DNA of 64,000 nucleotides from Candidatus Thorarchaeota archaeon (GTDB lineage Archaea; Asgardarchaeota; Thorarchaeia; Thorarchaeales; Thorarchaeaceae). Location: the NCBI GenBank assembly GCA_019057475.1, contig DXJO01000046.1:32001-96000 (forward strand), written 5' to 3'. The position numbers were made by a program, and so were the translations under genes. Positions 1 through 9,927 of the stretch are shown piece by piece. Position 1 is the stretch's first letter; each line of letters starts with the position of its first letter. The notes under the pieces were generated by a model. The model was not told the DNA's origin. It saw only the letters and a list, made by a program, of their open reading frames with translations, and did no database searches.

Positions 1-875
1 CGTCGGGAGAACTCCTTCACGAAGTACATGCTTTCGACTAAGTCATTGTAATCGGCTGTTCCAGGCGCTGGAAGCACGGGGGACCACGGAAACAGGTTAA
101 TCATAAGACCGCCTGTTATCTCTCGTATCTTGGTATAGTCATAACCATAAGTCTTCTTGGCACCCTCTGTAAGTCCGCTCTCCGGATCAACCAGAACCTC
201 AACAGAGATCTTTAGGGGTTTGAAACGGTTTCCCTCATCCCCAATGAGGCTATCTGCTCCGCTCTGCAAGACGCGAAGTCCTTGGAGAACCTTTTCAGTT
301 CGCCATTCATGCCACTTATCATGGTAGTCTGGATTCTCTGTGAGATATCCATGAGTGAGTCGTGCAGGCTCTTGGTCCACAAGAGGTGCGAATTCCTTCC
401 GACACCTGTCACAGAAACAGAACTCGTCTCTGATGAAACCTACACCAAAGAGGAGGATTTCGTCTATTGGATAAGCCCCGAGCTCCTTTACAATTTCCGC
501 ACCATACTCCCAGAACTCTTCACGATTCGGACATATCTGATGTGGCATTGACTGGCCGCTGGCAGTCATGGTCTGGTACTTCGGGTCACGTGCAAACCAC
601 GCATCGGTGTAAAAGTCCATGCTCACAGCAGTGTGTATTTCCAGAGCTTCGGAAAGGGCGACCCATTCATCGAAGAACTCCGCGTACCCCTCATCAACTG
701 GCGCCGTCTTGCTGGGAAATACCACATGTCCGTTGGGCTCTTTGCCGACAATGCCAACCTCCCTCATATATGAGGCGTAAGTCGACATGAAGTCTCTTGC
801 TGAAACATCTATGTCTTCAGCTCTGAATAGTATCAGCGCTTTTTGCATGAGGAATTCTCTGATGTTTTGTTTCAT
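1..875 (-). CDS. Glycoside-hydrolase-like TIM-barrel protein (GHL10/GHL6-like), 3' end outside window
   Basis: Not in the ORF track. Manual translation from ATG at 875 is open to the edge: MKQNIREFLMQKALILF...HQICPNREEFWEY...YPIDEILLF...FCFCDRCRKEF...KWHEWR. The CPN, CFCxxC and WxxWR motifs are typical of GHL10-like proteins. Confidence 0.6.
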   Translation of the reverse strand, partial: MKQNIREFLMQKALILFRAEDIDVSARDFMSTYASYMREVGIVGKEPNGHVVFPSKTAPVDEGYAEFFDEWVALSEALEIHTAVSMDFYTDAWFARDPKYQTMTASGQSMPHQICPNREEFWEYGAEIVKELGAYPIDEILLFGVGFIRDEFCFCDRCRKEFAPLVDQEPARLTHGYLTENPDYHDKWHEWRTEKVLQGLRVLQSGADSLIGDEGNRFKPLKISVEVLVDPESGLTEGAKKTYGYDYTKIREITGGLMINLFPWSPVLPAPGTADYNDLVESMYFVKEFSR

Positions 876-1048
876 GCTAGTGTACCCCGTCGGTGATGCT
901 CTGGCATTCTATTGTCGGTTCCTCGCTCTAGCGGTGGGCCACGCTCGCTATAAGAATTTCCTAGAGGGACTATCAACGCGTGTGTTATTATATCCTCACT
1001 TCTCGAACGATGTTTCATGTGACTGCAACAGCTTCTGTCGAATTAGCA

Positions 1049-3859
1049 TCAGAAGAACTGATCAAGGGTCGTAAATCCTAGAAGCTCCTCGAAATCAATC
1101 CCCACTGAATCAAGTACCTGGCCGAAGACTGACCTTAGTGTATCAGTGTATTTGTCCGTATCCAGCCAGTAGCTCTTTTCCTTTGCAAGCTCAATCGGCA
1201 ATACGCCTCCATTGCCCTTAGTCTTAATGTACTCAACTATTGTACCAGGTGGGACATCATATCCGGCATTATCAAGCATATGGGCTGCCCGAACATGCTG
1301 AGGTGTGGTCTTCCCATATTGATCGAGTTTCTTGGTCAACTGGACGCGGAATGCCAAATCATCTGGAGTGAAGGGATCGGCTTTGCCCTCCAACCGGTCA
1401 ATGGCTGTGTTTACAATCTCACGAATCTCGTCTTTTGCTGCTTCGAATCCTTCGAGATTGTCCACCTTGCTAAGTACCGTCAGCATCTCCTGAAACGCGT
1501 CCTGGATGAATCGAGGCGTGTTTCTCTTCTTGCCGCTTAAGCCTTTCACTTCAACGTATCCTGTGGAGTAGACGCCAATGTAGTTTTTCTTAAGTTCAGA
1601 AAGAGCGACGTACTTGTAGGTTTTCTCCACTTCCAAATCGATTCCAAGCGCCTCCTGAGACCACTTCACAAGCTCATCTTGCTGTTCCTTGGATGGATTA
1701 TCCAGAAACACGGAGTCTGTGTCCCCATATAGTACTCTTACACCCATGGACTCTGCTTTTTCTTTCGTTTTCATGATTGCATTTCGTCCATAAGCCGTTA
1801 CGCTCTCAGCTGCCGGCATGCAAAACAGCTCAAAGTGTCGAGCTCCGGTGACACCATAGGACGCATTGAGATACACCTTGAGCGCCTTCTCAACGACGCT
1901 ATACCAGGTCCAGGTTCTCTCATCCAATGACTTATCCTTGCTTTTCGCCTTGAACCACATCACTCTAGTATCTCTGAAGAAGCCAATGATTTCACTAATC
2001 ATGCCTGTATGCTTCTTGCAGGTCCAATGACCTGTTTCAGGAACTTTGTTGTCTGTCGCAACCCTGCATTCTTCGTGTGGGCAATCGACTGTTTCATAGC
2101 TGATATTATGCCTCTTCATAATTGTCGGATAAAGACTTGCAAAGTCAAGCACCGTGGCATTGAAGTGAACTCCCGCGATTGGGTCGATTACAATTGCACC
2201 CTTGAACGCCTTGTCCTTTATCATAGCCTTAGTGTGTGCTTCCGCAGATTTGGCAGCCTCTATGTCAGACTGTCGAGGAATCAGAGCCCCCCGAGAACGA
2301 TGTTCTTGCCTGAATAGGGACTGAATCCAAGAGGAAATACCCAGACGCGTCACATCCTCCATCGACAAGCGGGATATGCGCATCAACAAGACAATCAATC
2401 GGAGGAGTAGATTATCATCGAATCTTGTCAGGTCCAATGTTATGTTAGCGTCACGCCAACAGTACTGTGCCAGCTCATAGTAGGGAAGAGATGAGATGTC
2501 AGTGGTGAGTTCGAGTTTTCCTACGCCTAGAAGGCCTTGGGCAATCGTTTCCAGGTTCGACCGATCATAAGCACCTGACATAGCATAGATTCGGATGGAG
2601 GGGTTCTTGAGGAACCTATAGAGATCCACGTGGATTCCGCTACGAAGGAATGCGGTGTCATTCGCGCGATTCATTCTGATAGGGCAGTACGTATCCATAT
2701 CGACCTTCAATCGCTGAGCCCTATGATATAGGTAATTCAGGTCGAATGCATCTCCTACAAAAGTCAGAACAATCGGATAATTATTAATGACTTCGAATGC
2801 CTTCACAAGCATCTCTGCCTCGTCGTCGAAATACACAATCTCAAGACCCTTTGGAAAATCATCCCTCTTCTTGCCTGTGGGATGTCCTTTTCGCTTGAGC
2901 ACGAAACACATGCCGTAACCTTCATTATCGGAGAGACCAATTGCTGTGACCTTGTTGGGGGCTTTCTGCGTGTTTGGCATTCTGTTTTTGACAGGAACAT
3001 AGACCTCGATATCTAGGGCAATCCGCCTAATGTCAGGAACCTCACCAAAGAACATGGGAGCATAGGTTTCGATGATTCTCTCAATACGCTCCGAACCAGG
3101 AATGGTTCTCTTGAACTCTTTCATAGTGTTTTTATCGATCTCCGGGGGGCTGGCTACAAGAGTCCCATTCTCAATCTTGTAGATGAGACCGGAAACGAAT
3201 CTCATATCGTAGGTGTAGGTATGATGATATCGGATGTTGGCCTCCCAGGCATGATTCACTTCCTTGATTCGCAAACTCTCTCTCATCGAATCTGGGCGAC
3301 CACCAATGCTGAGGGGATCATTGGCGATTACCTTGGTCATAGCAACCTGCTTGTCACTGAGCAAATCAGTGAGCTCAACTGCTTCAGTGCGTATGAAACC
3401 AGGATGACGTCGAATTCCATTAATCTTCTCGACTTCCTGTTGCGACAGGTCGGTGTACATATACGGCTTGTGCCCGCTATTATCAGTCCAGAAATGAATC
3501 TTCTTTGTTTCAGGATTGTAGAGGCTAGCAATAGCCTTGTTCGTATTCCTATCGTAGTCAATTGAAAGAAGGAACGAGGGTGGAAGATCCTTTGGCATGT
3601 CGCGGTAGCCAATTTCATGAGTTTGCTTGACCTTGTCCACGGCGGCCGGCTTCTTTTCCTTTTCATCATTAGGTGGAGATGGCTTAACGTTATCTACGCG
3701 TTCAACACTTGCATTGACGGAGGTTTTTCTAGATTGTGATGCTTTCGTCACAATGACATCTGGCGTCACTTCAGCACCGGAATTTTCATGACCACCGAAG
3801 TAATCATCCAAAGTGGACTGATTTCCATCTTCAGGTTTCTCGTCATTCACCAAAGTCAC
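1049..3859 (-). CDS. polB1: Family B DNA polymerase, PolB1 type
   Basis: Exonuclease motifs DIEV, GDAFDL, YCWRD; polymerase motifs DFASLYP, KVYLNASYG, YGDTDS; PIP-like motifs at both ends. Confidence 0.95.
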   Translation of the reverse strand: MTLVNDEKPEDGNQSTLDDYFGGHENSGAEVTPDVIVTKASQSRKTSVNASVERVDNVKPSPPNDEKEKKPAAVDKVKQTHEIGYRDMPKDLPPSFLLSIDYDRNTNKAIASLYNPETKKIHFWTDNSGHKPYMYTDLSQQEVEKINGIRRHPGFIRTEAVELTDLLSDKQVAMTKVIANDPLSIGGRPDSMRESLRIKEVNHAWEANIRYHHTYTYDMRFVSGLIYKIENGTLVASPPEIDKNTMKEFKRTIPGSERIERIIETYAPMFFGEVPDIRRIALDIEVYVPVKNRMPNTQKAPNKVTAIGLSDNEGYGMCFVLKRKGHPTGKKRDDFPKGLEIVYFDDEAEMLVKAFEVINNYPIVLTFVGDAFDLNYLYHRAQRLKVDMDTYCPIRMNRANDTAFLRSGIHVDLYRFLKNPSIRIYAMSGAYDRSNLETIAQGLLGVGKLELTTDISSLPYYELAQYCWRDANITLDLTRFDDNLLLRLIVLLMRISRLSMEDVTRLGISSWIQSLFRQEHRSRGALIPRQSDIEAAKSAEAHTKAMIKDKAFKGAIVIDPIAGVHFNATVLDFASLYPTIMKRHNISYETVDCPHEECRVATDNKVPETGHWTCKKHTGMISEIIGFFRDTRVMWFKAKSKDKSLDERTWTWYSVVEKALKVYLNASYGVTGARHFELFCMPAAESVTAYGRNAIMKTKEKAESMGVRVLYGDTDSVFLDNPSKEQQDELVKWSQEALGIDLEVEKTYKYVALSELKKNYIGVYSTGYVEVKGLSGKKRNTPRFIQDAFQEMLTVLSKVDNLEGFEAAKDEIREIVNTAIDRLEGKADPFTPDDLAFRVQLTKKLDQYGKTTPQHVRAAHMLDNAGYDVPPGTIVEYIKTKGNGGVLPIELAKEKSYWLDTDKYTDTLRSVFGQVLDSVGIDFEELLGFTTLDQFF

Positions 3860-3958
3860 TCACTCCATAGATGAGCTATTGAGTCCTGATAAGCACTTCC
3901 AATGAACCAGAAATACATTCCGAGCAGTTCATATGAGAAGCCAACCTCTTGCAGGTTC

Positions 3959-4396
3959 ATGGTGCGCTCACTCACTACTGAAGCGAAACGAGTTATCTTC
4001 GCGCGCATGGAGCCTGGCGAGGATATTCTAAAGACGATTGAGGCCGTTTCTTCGGAACATGGCGTTCGGACAGGCCAACTGACATTGATAGGAGCAGTAT
4101 CAATGGCCAGCCTGGGATTTTTTGATAGAGAGAGCATGGAATACAAGACATTCACTGTGGACAAAGACCTTGAAGTTGTGTCATGCATGGGAAACATCGC
4201 ATCCACACATGAGGGGGGGCTCATTGTACATGCTCACATGGTTGTTGCTGATCAAGACGGTACGTGCTATGGAGGTCATCTAATGTTGGGGTGCAAAGTT
4301 TCTGTCACAATGGAATTGATCATCACGGAACTGGACCAAGATGTTAGGCGAGCCAGAGATGAAGCGACCGGTCTGAATCTGCTTGATATCAAGTAA
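3959..4396 (+). CDS. PPC/DUF296 domain putative DNA-binding protein
   Basis: RMEPGEDIL, LEVVSCMGNI, HAHMVV, YGGHL motifs; start refined from track 3902. Confidence 0.88.
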   Translation: MVRSLTTEAKRVIFARMEPGEDILKTIEAVSSEHGVRTGQLTLIGAVSMASLGFFDRESMEYKTFTVDKDLEVVSCMGNIASTHEGGLIVHAHMVVADQDGTCYGGHLMLGCKVSVTMELIITELDQDVRRARDEATGLNLLDIK

Positions 4397-4409
4397 GACA
4401 TCAGACTGC

Positions 4410-4862
4410 TCATTGCTTCAAACCAAGCAGGTCAGTTTGTGCCCGGATAGTTTTGGCAACGCTGTCAAGCTCATCGCGTGGAGATATCTTCTCACGGTAG
4501 TCGTCTGGAAACATGAAACCGAATTTATCACCTTCGTTCCTAGGTATTACATGTATATGTAGATGGGGAACCTCTTGTCCCGCACCAACCCCATTGGCAA
4601 TCACATTGATTATGCCATCTGGTTCAAATGCTGAGTGCACCTTGCGGGTCAACTCCGCCAGACGCACACCAAGACGCTTAGCGACTTTGGTATCAACGTC
4701 TAGCATGTTCACATAGTGCTGCTTTGGAATCAACAAGCAGTGCCCTTTGCTAATGGGAAATATATCCATGAAGGCCATCGTGAATTTGTCTTCGAAAATG
4801 ACAGATGCGGGTATCTCACCACGAACTATCTTGCAGAAAAGGCAGGATTCATTGTCGCTCAT
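4410..4862 (-). CDS. HIT family nucleotide hydrolase
   Basis: CLFCKIV N-terminus and AGQEVPHLHIHVIPR histidine triad; start refined to MSDNES. Confidence 0.93.
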   Translation of the reverse strand: MSDNESCLFCKIVRGEIPASVIFEDKFTMAFMDIFPISKGHCLLIPKQHYVNMLDVDTKVAKRLGVRLAELTRKVHSAFEPDGIINVIANGVGAGQEVPHLHIHVIPRNEGDKFGFMFPDDYREKISPRDELDSVAKTIRAQTDLLGLKQ

Positions 4863-4992
4863 ATCGGTCACTGACTGTGGGAGTTTGAAATAAATCGTTC
4901 GAAATTCGTGCAAAGACACGCGCACAAGCCTCATTAGCGCACATCTCATAATCACAACTTGGCTTCACAGGTGGTCCCAGTTGAGCAGGAGA

Positions 4993-6141
4993 ATGAAGGT
5001 CTTCTTTGACCAAACACAGAACGAACGTGGGAAACTAGACACAACATATTCTTCACTTGGTAGTCTTCTCACTGATAATGATCTCGACGTAGAACCATAT
5101 ACCGAATTCATGATACTAGCCAAGAGTATCAAAGAAGCAGCAGTGTTAGTCTTTGGATGCCCAAACAGCTCCAAGCTGCGACCTACAGAGATAGATGTTC
5201 TAACGCATTATGTAAAAGCTGGCGGGGGGCTGTTCCTGCTCTCACTGTCGGGCGGCGACCGGGGCCTGATGAACAATCTCAGCAAGCTGTCCAAAACCTT
5301 TGGCATTGAATTCGATAATACAGCTGTAAAGGATGAGAGAAGCAATGCCGGTTTGCCCACAATGCCGTTTATCAGTAACCTCATAGCACATCCATGCACT
5401 GAAGATGTTCAAGATATTCTATACCCGTCCGGGTGTTCACTGAAGGTGTCAGGGAAGGCAGTGGCATTAGTATCAACATCTGAAATGGCGGACCCGGCAA
5501 ATCAACCCGTAATTGCCCTCGCTGAATACGGAAAGGGGCGAGTCATCTGCTCCGGCAGCTATGAGATATTCCGAAAAGGAGGCGGGCTTAAGCATGCTGG
5601 AAATAAGACATTTGCAATCAATGCCTTAAGATGGCTCAGTGGAGATGTCAGACTAGCCAAACCAAGCAAGGTTGCCAAGGCCAAGAAAGGTATGCCCGCT
5701 GCAGAAGTTTCACCTGCAAAGCTCGACGAGATGGAGGGTGCTCTTCGAAGGCTCGTCAATGCGGTATTTGACCTGCAGAAAGACATAGGAAAAGTAGGAG
5801 AGCAAGTCACAAGAGTCGACAGCAACGTAGAGATGCTGCGCAACCAATTCCAGGATTTTGCAGAAAAAACGCAACAGCAGTTCGGAGTAATGATACCAAC
5901 CAAGCAATTCAAGACTCCAGAAGAGAATCAAGAGGTGGATTTGCAGGCGGACATCAATGCACTCCAGCGAGAAGTCAAGTCCATACAAAAGCTGAAAGAT
6001 CACATCAATCAAAGGCACTCCTCCGGAATAATGGAGAAGGAAACCTATGATGAACAAGTCAAGAAACTCGATACTCGCCTGCAGAACTTGAAGAAGCATC
6101 TAAAAGCGAAGAAGAAAGAACTCAAGGATCTCGGGCAGTAG
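4993..6141 (+). CDS. GIFT (GldG/IFT52)-type domain protein with C-terminal coiled coil
   Basis: VFFDQTQNE, YVKAGGGLFLL, FGIEFDN, YPSGCSL, GKGRVICSGS, NALRWL; heptad-rich last ~140 aa; no signal peptide; AGGAG before ATG 4993. Confidence 0.7.
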   Translation: MKVFFDQTQNERGKLDTTYSSLGSLLTDNDLDVEPYTEFMILAKSIKEAAVLVFGCPNSSKLRPTEIDVLTHYVKAGGGLFLLSLSGGDRGLMNNLSKLSKTFGIEFDNTAVKDERSNAGLPTMPFISNLIAHPCTEDVQDILYPSGCSLKVSGKAVALVSTSEMADPANQPVIALAEYGKGRVICSGSYEIFRKGGGLKHAGNKTFAINALRWLSGDVRLAKPSKVAKAKKGMPAAEVSPAKLDEMEGALRRLVNAVFDLQKDIGKVGEQVTRVDSNVEMLRNQFQDFAEKTQQQFGVMIPTKQFKTPEENQEVDLQADINALQREVKSIQKLKDHINQRHSSGIMEKETYDEQVKKLDTRLQNLKKHLKAKKKELKDLGQ

Positions 6142-6144
6142 GTT

Positions 6145-7764
6145 TCACGCGTTATCTGCGGAATGCTCATTGATCTGTTCTTCATCCAGATAGTAATCAA
6201 AGGTAGCGAATATTCCGCTGTGAATCGCGGTAAGGTTTTTCTCGATGTCTTTGAGAACAAACAAAGCACGTGGTAGTCGACCACTGGACTGCTTGGCAAG
6301 GTATCTCCCAGGAGCCTTAACAAAGGACCAGAACGTGCCAATCTTATCAGCAAGGCCGTAGCCAACAAGAATTAGGATGACGCTGAAGAGGTAGATGTTT
6401 CGGGGAGGGATGAGTATCATAAGACTGAGAGCAATCGGCAGCCAAAGCATGGACAGTGAGAATGGTACTGTTTCGTCACGATTTGTGACCATCTGCGCAG
6501 ACGAGAATATAGAGAAGAAGGGAGCAAATAGAGTGAAGTAGTACTTGTAAACGCCGCGAGGACCTGTTAGATGAACCCAGAGCATCATTATCATTGTGAG
6601 CAACAGTAGACGACGAAGATAGAAACTCTTCTTGTCACCATCCTTCTTCTGGAGGAACATGAAGCCAGCAATAAGAGTCACACCGAACCAGAGTAAGAAG
6701 CCGTAGTATACAAGCCCATCAAGTATCTGTGCAAGCACGGGCATGCCTACAACTACCGCCAGAATCTGAAGCCGCATCGGACTTCCATAGCCAGGAGGGT
6801 CTGTCAGTGATACGAGAGGAAAGCCTCCCATGGCCAAACGTATATTGACCAACATATTTGGCTGCGCTAAGAAGAATGGGAAGATGATAGCTCCAGCAAA
6901 GGCGAAGACGATTAGGACGCTAATCATGAACTGGCGAATGTCAAGGGGCTCCGCAATACGTTTCAAGAACCCCTTCGCTCTCTCTGCAGTAGATGTTATT
7001 ATCCTAGAGGAATACTGCGTTCTTAAAATCAAGTAAATGACAAGCGGAATACCCAAGAACCACGCAATCTGTTTGAATAGTGCTCCTGTCACAATGAGTA
7101 GCGTTGCAGCATCACGCTTACCCTTGGTGAGCATGTAGAAGCCTGAGAAAAAGAAGAAGATGAACGGTGCTGTGTTCAGCCACACAAAGGTGGTATGGTA
7201 CAGAACATTCGGATTCATGAGGTAGGTGAAAGCTGCGGCTTCGCCAACTCGTCTGTTACCTGACAGCTGCTTGGCAATTCCATATACCGGCAAAGCAGTG
7301 AAATATCCAAAGATTGCGAGAAGAAGACCAATTCCCCAACCATCCACCGGAATCATAAGACCGATAGCATACAAAATGGCAGTGAGTGGAGGGAAGATGT
7401 AAGCTCCATTCTCATTGACAAATCCATCTAGTTCAATATATCCGAACCCGGGGCTGTAGGGCATCACGCCTCTGAGCATATTGTTGCCCCAATGAAAGTA
7501 GTAGAACGAATAGTCCGTGTAGCCCTCGAATTGGTACACCAAAGTGTAGCCGAAAAGGTCGAGCTCTCCGTTTCCGAGCCAGACACCACGAAACCTCCAG
7601 AAACTGGAGCTGGTGAAGTCAACTACGGCGGCATGAAAAACCTGATTCCAAACAAGAGCAGCAAAACAAAGAATGAGTATCAAGACTGCATTCTCAAACA
7701 GGAAACGTAGTCCACGCACTGCCCATGAGAATAGAAACCGTTCAGCTCGTTTGGCAATGCGCAT
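6145..7764 (-). CDS. Polytopic GT-C fold glycosyltransferase (GT87/PIG-M-like)
   Basis: About 11 hydrophobic segments; YTDY...PY loop, YIFPPL, YLMNP, LFKQ motifs. Confidence 0.65.
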   Translation of the reverse strand: MRIAKRAERFLFSWAVRGLRFLFENAVLILILCFAALVWNQVFHAAVVDFTSSSFWRFRGVWLGNGELDLFGYTLVYQFEGYTDYSFYYFHWGNNMLRGVMPYSPGFGYIELDGFVNENGAYIFPPLTAILYAIGLMIPVDGWGIGLLLAIFGYFTALPVYGIAKQLSGNRRVGEAAAFTYLMNPNVLYHTTFVWLNTAPFIFFFFSGFYMLTKGKRDAATLLIVTGALFKQIAWFLGIPLVIYLILRTQYSSRIITSTAERAKGFLKRIAEPLDIRQFMISVLIVFAFAGAIIFPFFLAQPNMLVNIRLAMGGFPLVSLTDPPGYGSPMRLQILAVVVGMPVLAQILDGLVYYGFLLWFGVTLIAGFMFLQKKDGDKKSFYLRRLLLLTMIMMLWVHLTGPRGVYKYYFTLFAPFFSIFSSAQMVTNRDETVPFSLSMLWLPIALSLMILIPPRNIYLFSVILILVGYGLADKIGTFWSFVKAPGRYLAKQSSGRLPRALFVLKDIEKNLTAIHSGIFATFDYYLDEEQINEHSADNA

Positions 7765-7839
7765 GATGTAAAGGCTGGCAGAACCTCTGAATAATGTTTG
7801 TGATTAGAGAGAGAACCAGGTCATGGACCAAGCGTATCG

Positions 7840-9927
7840 CTACATGAGAAGTTTCGCAGTGGCAGATGATCTACTCTTAGAAACCTCGATGGTTGGTACA
7901 CTATCCCAGCCTTGAATGTCTGTGTGAGTTATCAGCAAAATTTGTTCGAAGCTCTGATCGTTCACCAAGTTACTAACAACAGAGGCCCTGCGGTTCTTGT
8001 CAAGGCCTCCAAGCGGTTCGTCAAGCATAACGCATCGAATCCGGGGAGCAAGCGAGGGACTGTCCCTTAGCGGCCGAATGGAGCTCATCGTTCTACTAAT
8101 TCCTAGACGAAGTCCTAGGCTAACGGCAGTTCTGTCACCAAAGCTCAGTTGTGTTGTTTTCTTCGTGGCATTGTCTCGCTGGTCGTGTATCTTCAATGCC
8201 AATCCCGCGCCAGAGCGCCCTCTCGCAGCTGTCGGAACTAGATCAATTCCAGTATATTGATTGTTTGTAAACGCGCGAACGTATTCGTTCGTAGCACCCC
8301 TGATAATACCCAACAGCCGCTTTTGCACCACGTAATCAGCCACAAAGCTGCTAACTAGTTTTAATCTAACATACTTGGTATGCTCATTCAGACTCCTCAA
8401 CGAATCCATCTCTGCACCAAGCTCACGCATCTTCACGGATCTGGCTTCTAATTCCCTTATGGCGCCTTGCTCCCTGTCGATGAGTTTTCTGAAGGAGTCG
8501 CATTGGCTCACGATTTCACCGAGCTTTGTGGAGAGTACATCAAGCCTTCGCTGAAGATTAAGGACACTCTTCCCTCCATGCTTCTTGAGGAGCGACTCAA
8601 TGTCAGTCACCCCAGCCTTCTTGATAGCGTCCAAGAGCTTCGCCTGCTGCTTCTCAAGGCGTTTCTCGGCTTTATCAACATCCTTCTGTTTCTCTTTGAT
8701 ACGGCACACTGCATCATACGCCTTGGAAATATCAGATAAGTGCTCCTCGACACCACGGAGCTCATCTGACACCTCCACACGACGACCCTTGAATGTCTTG
8801 GCCTTTTCTTCGTCCTGTTTCAGTACCTGCCTGTATTTCACTAGCAGATTCTCGCGCTCTTCGACGGAAAGGGGCTTTGCGCAGGTTGGACATTCAGCGA
8901 CGCCTGAATCGTCATCTACAGAAACACCTTCAAGAGTCACGACCTTCTCACTGAGGTCCGTCTTGGTCGCATCGATTGCTCCTAGCTCGCGGTCAACTTC
9001 GGTTGTTTCTGTTTCGAGTTTCTTGCGACTGGACTCGTATCGCTTGGCTTCTTTCTTGAGAATTTTCAGACGTGCCTGCACAACTTCAGTTTCAGCCAAT
9101 GAAAGACCAGCATCTGCAAGGTCAGAGTCCCGATAACGAATGCTTGAGTTATGGTCGCGCTCTATTCTCTCGACTTCTTGAGTTAGGGCGTGTATTGCCT
9201 CAAGACCTTCAGGATCAGGCATTTCCTTCAGATGGTCCTTGATCTCCCCGGCTTCGGCTTCGTTGCTTTTGAAACTGCGTTCATAATCCTCGATTCTTAT
9301 CTTTGTATCATTGATCTGTTCCGCGATATGCTCAGGACGAATGTAATCGTCTTCAAGCCCTCTAATCTGGGCTTCAAGGTCCAACTCGAAGCTCTTCAGA
9401 TGGTCTGACATCTTGTCCAATAGCTCGATGTTGTATATCCTCACTATGAGGTTTCTTAGCACGGTGGGAGTAGCATTGGCGATTAGAGCCACTTCCCCCT
9501 GGCGGACCAGCAACGTGTTCAAGGCTTGCTGCAGATCAAGATTCAGAATCTGCATGAGCTCATTGCTCACAGATTTGCTCTTATCAGCAAGACGCTTCCA
9601 TGCATCCCCCGTCCGTGTGTACAAAACAACAGCCATTCCTTTGGCTGAACTATAGGACCGGTCCATTTTATACTGAGTCCCAGCAACCTCGAAGACTAAG
9701 ATCGCCTTGCACCAAGTTGATGTGAAACTGACGAGCTCATCATTGGTAAGACCAACAGCATCAGGCCCCCACAGAGCCCATAGTATTCCTTCGAATATTG
9801 AAGACTTCCCAGTCGAGTTCGGACCCCTGATGAGTATCAGTCCTCCAGGCAGTTCGCCCTCTCCCTCAGGGAGCTCGAGGTTTCGAAATGGCTTGAAGTT
9901 CTTCAATTCGAGACGAAGTAGTTTCAC
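7840..9927 (-). CDS. rad50: Rad50/SbcC-type SMC ATPase
   Basis: Walker A GPNSTGKSS, Q-loop RQGE, zinc hook CPTC, Walker B LDEP, ITH; overlaps the mre11 stop. Confidence 0.9.
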   Translation of the reverse strand: MKLLRLELKNFKPFRNLELPEGEGELPGGLILIRGPNSTGKSSIFEGILWALWGPDAVGLTNDELVSFTSTWCKAILVFEVAGTQYKMDRSYSSAKGMAVVLYTRTGDAWKRLADKSKSVSNELMQILNLDLQQALNTLLVRQGEVALIANATPTVLRNLIVRIYNIELLDKMSDHLKSFELDLEAQIRGLEDDYIRPEHIAEQINDTKIRIEDYERSFKSNEAEAGEIKDHLKEMPDPEGLEAIHALTQEVERIERDHNSSIRYRDSDLADAGLSLAETEVVQARLKILKKEAKRYESSRKKLETETTEVDRELGAIDATKTDLSEKVVTLEGVSVDDDSGVAECPTCAKPLSVEERENLLVKYRQVLKQDEEKAKTFKGRRVEVSDELRGVEEHLSDISKAYDAVCRIKEKQKDVDKAEKRLEKQQAKLLDAIKKAGVTDIESLLKKHGGKSVLNLQRRLDVLSTKLGEIVSQCDSFRKLIDREQGAIRELEARSVKMRELGAEMDSLRSLNEHTKYVRLKLVSSFVADYVVQKRLLGIIRGATNEYVRAFTNNQYTGIDLVPTAARGRSGAGLALKIHDQRDNATKKTTQLSFGDRTAVSLGLRLGISRTMSSIRPLRDSPSLAPRIRCVMLDEPLGGLDKNRRASVVSNLVNDQSFEQILLITHTDIQGWDSVPTIEVSKSRSSATAKLLM

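Noticed and set aside
212-1074. Short ORFs 212..412, 282..551, 467..790, 787..1074
   Set aside because: Shadows of the real minus-strand gene starting at 875
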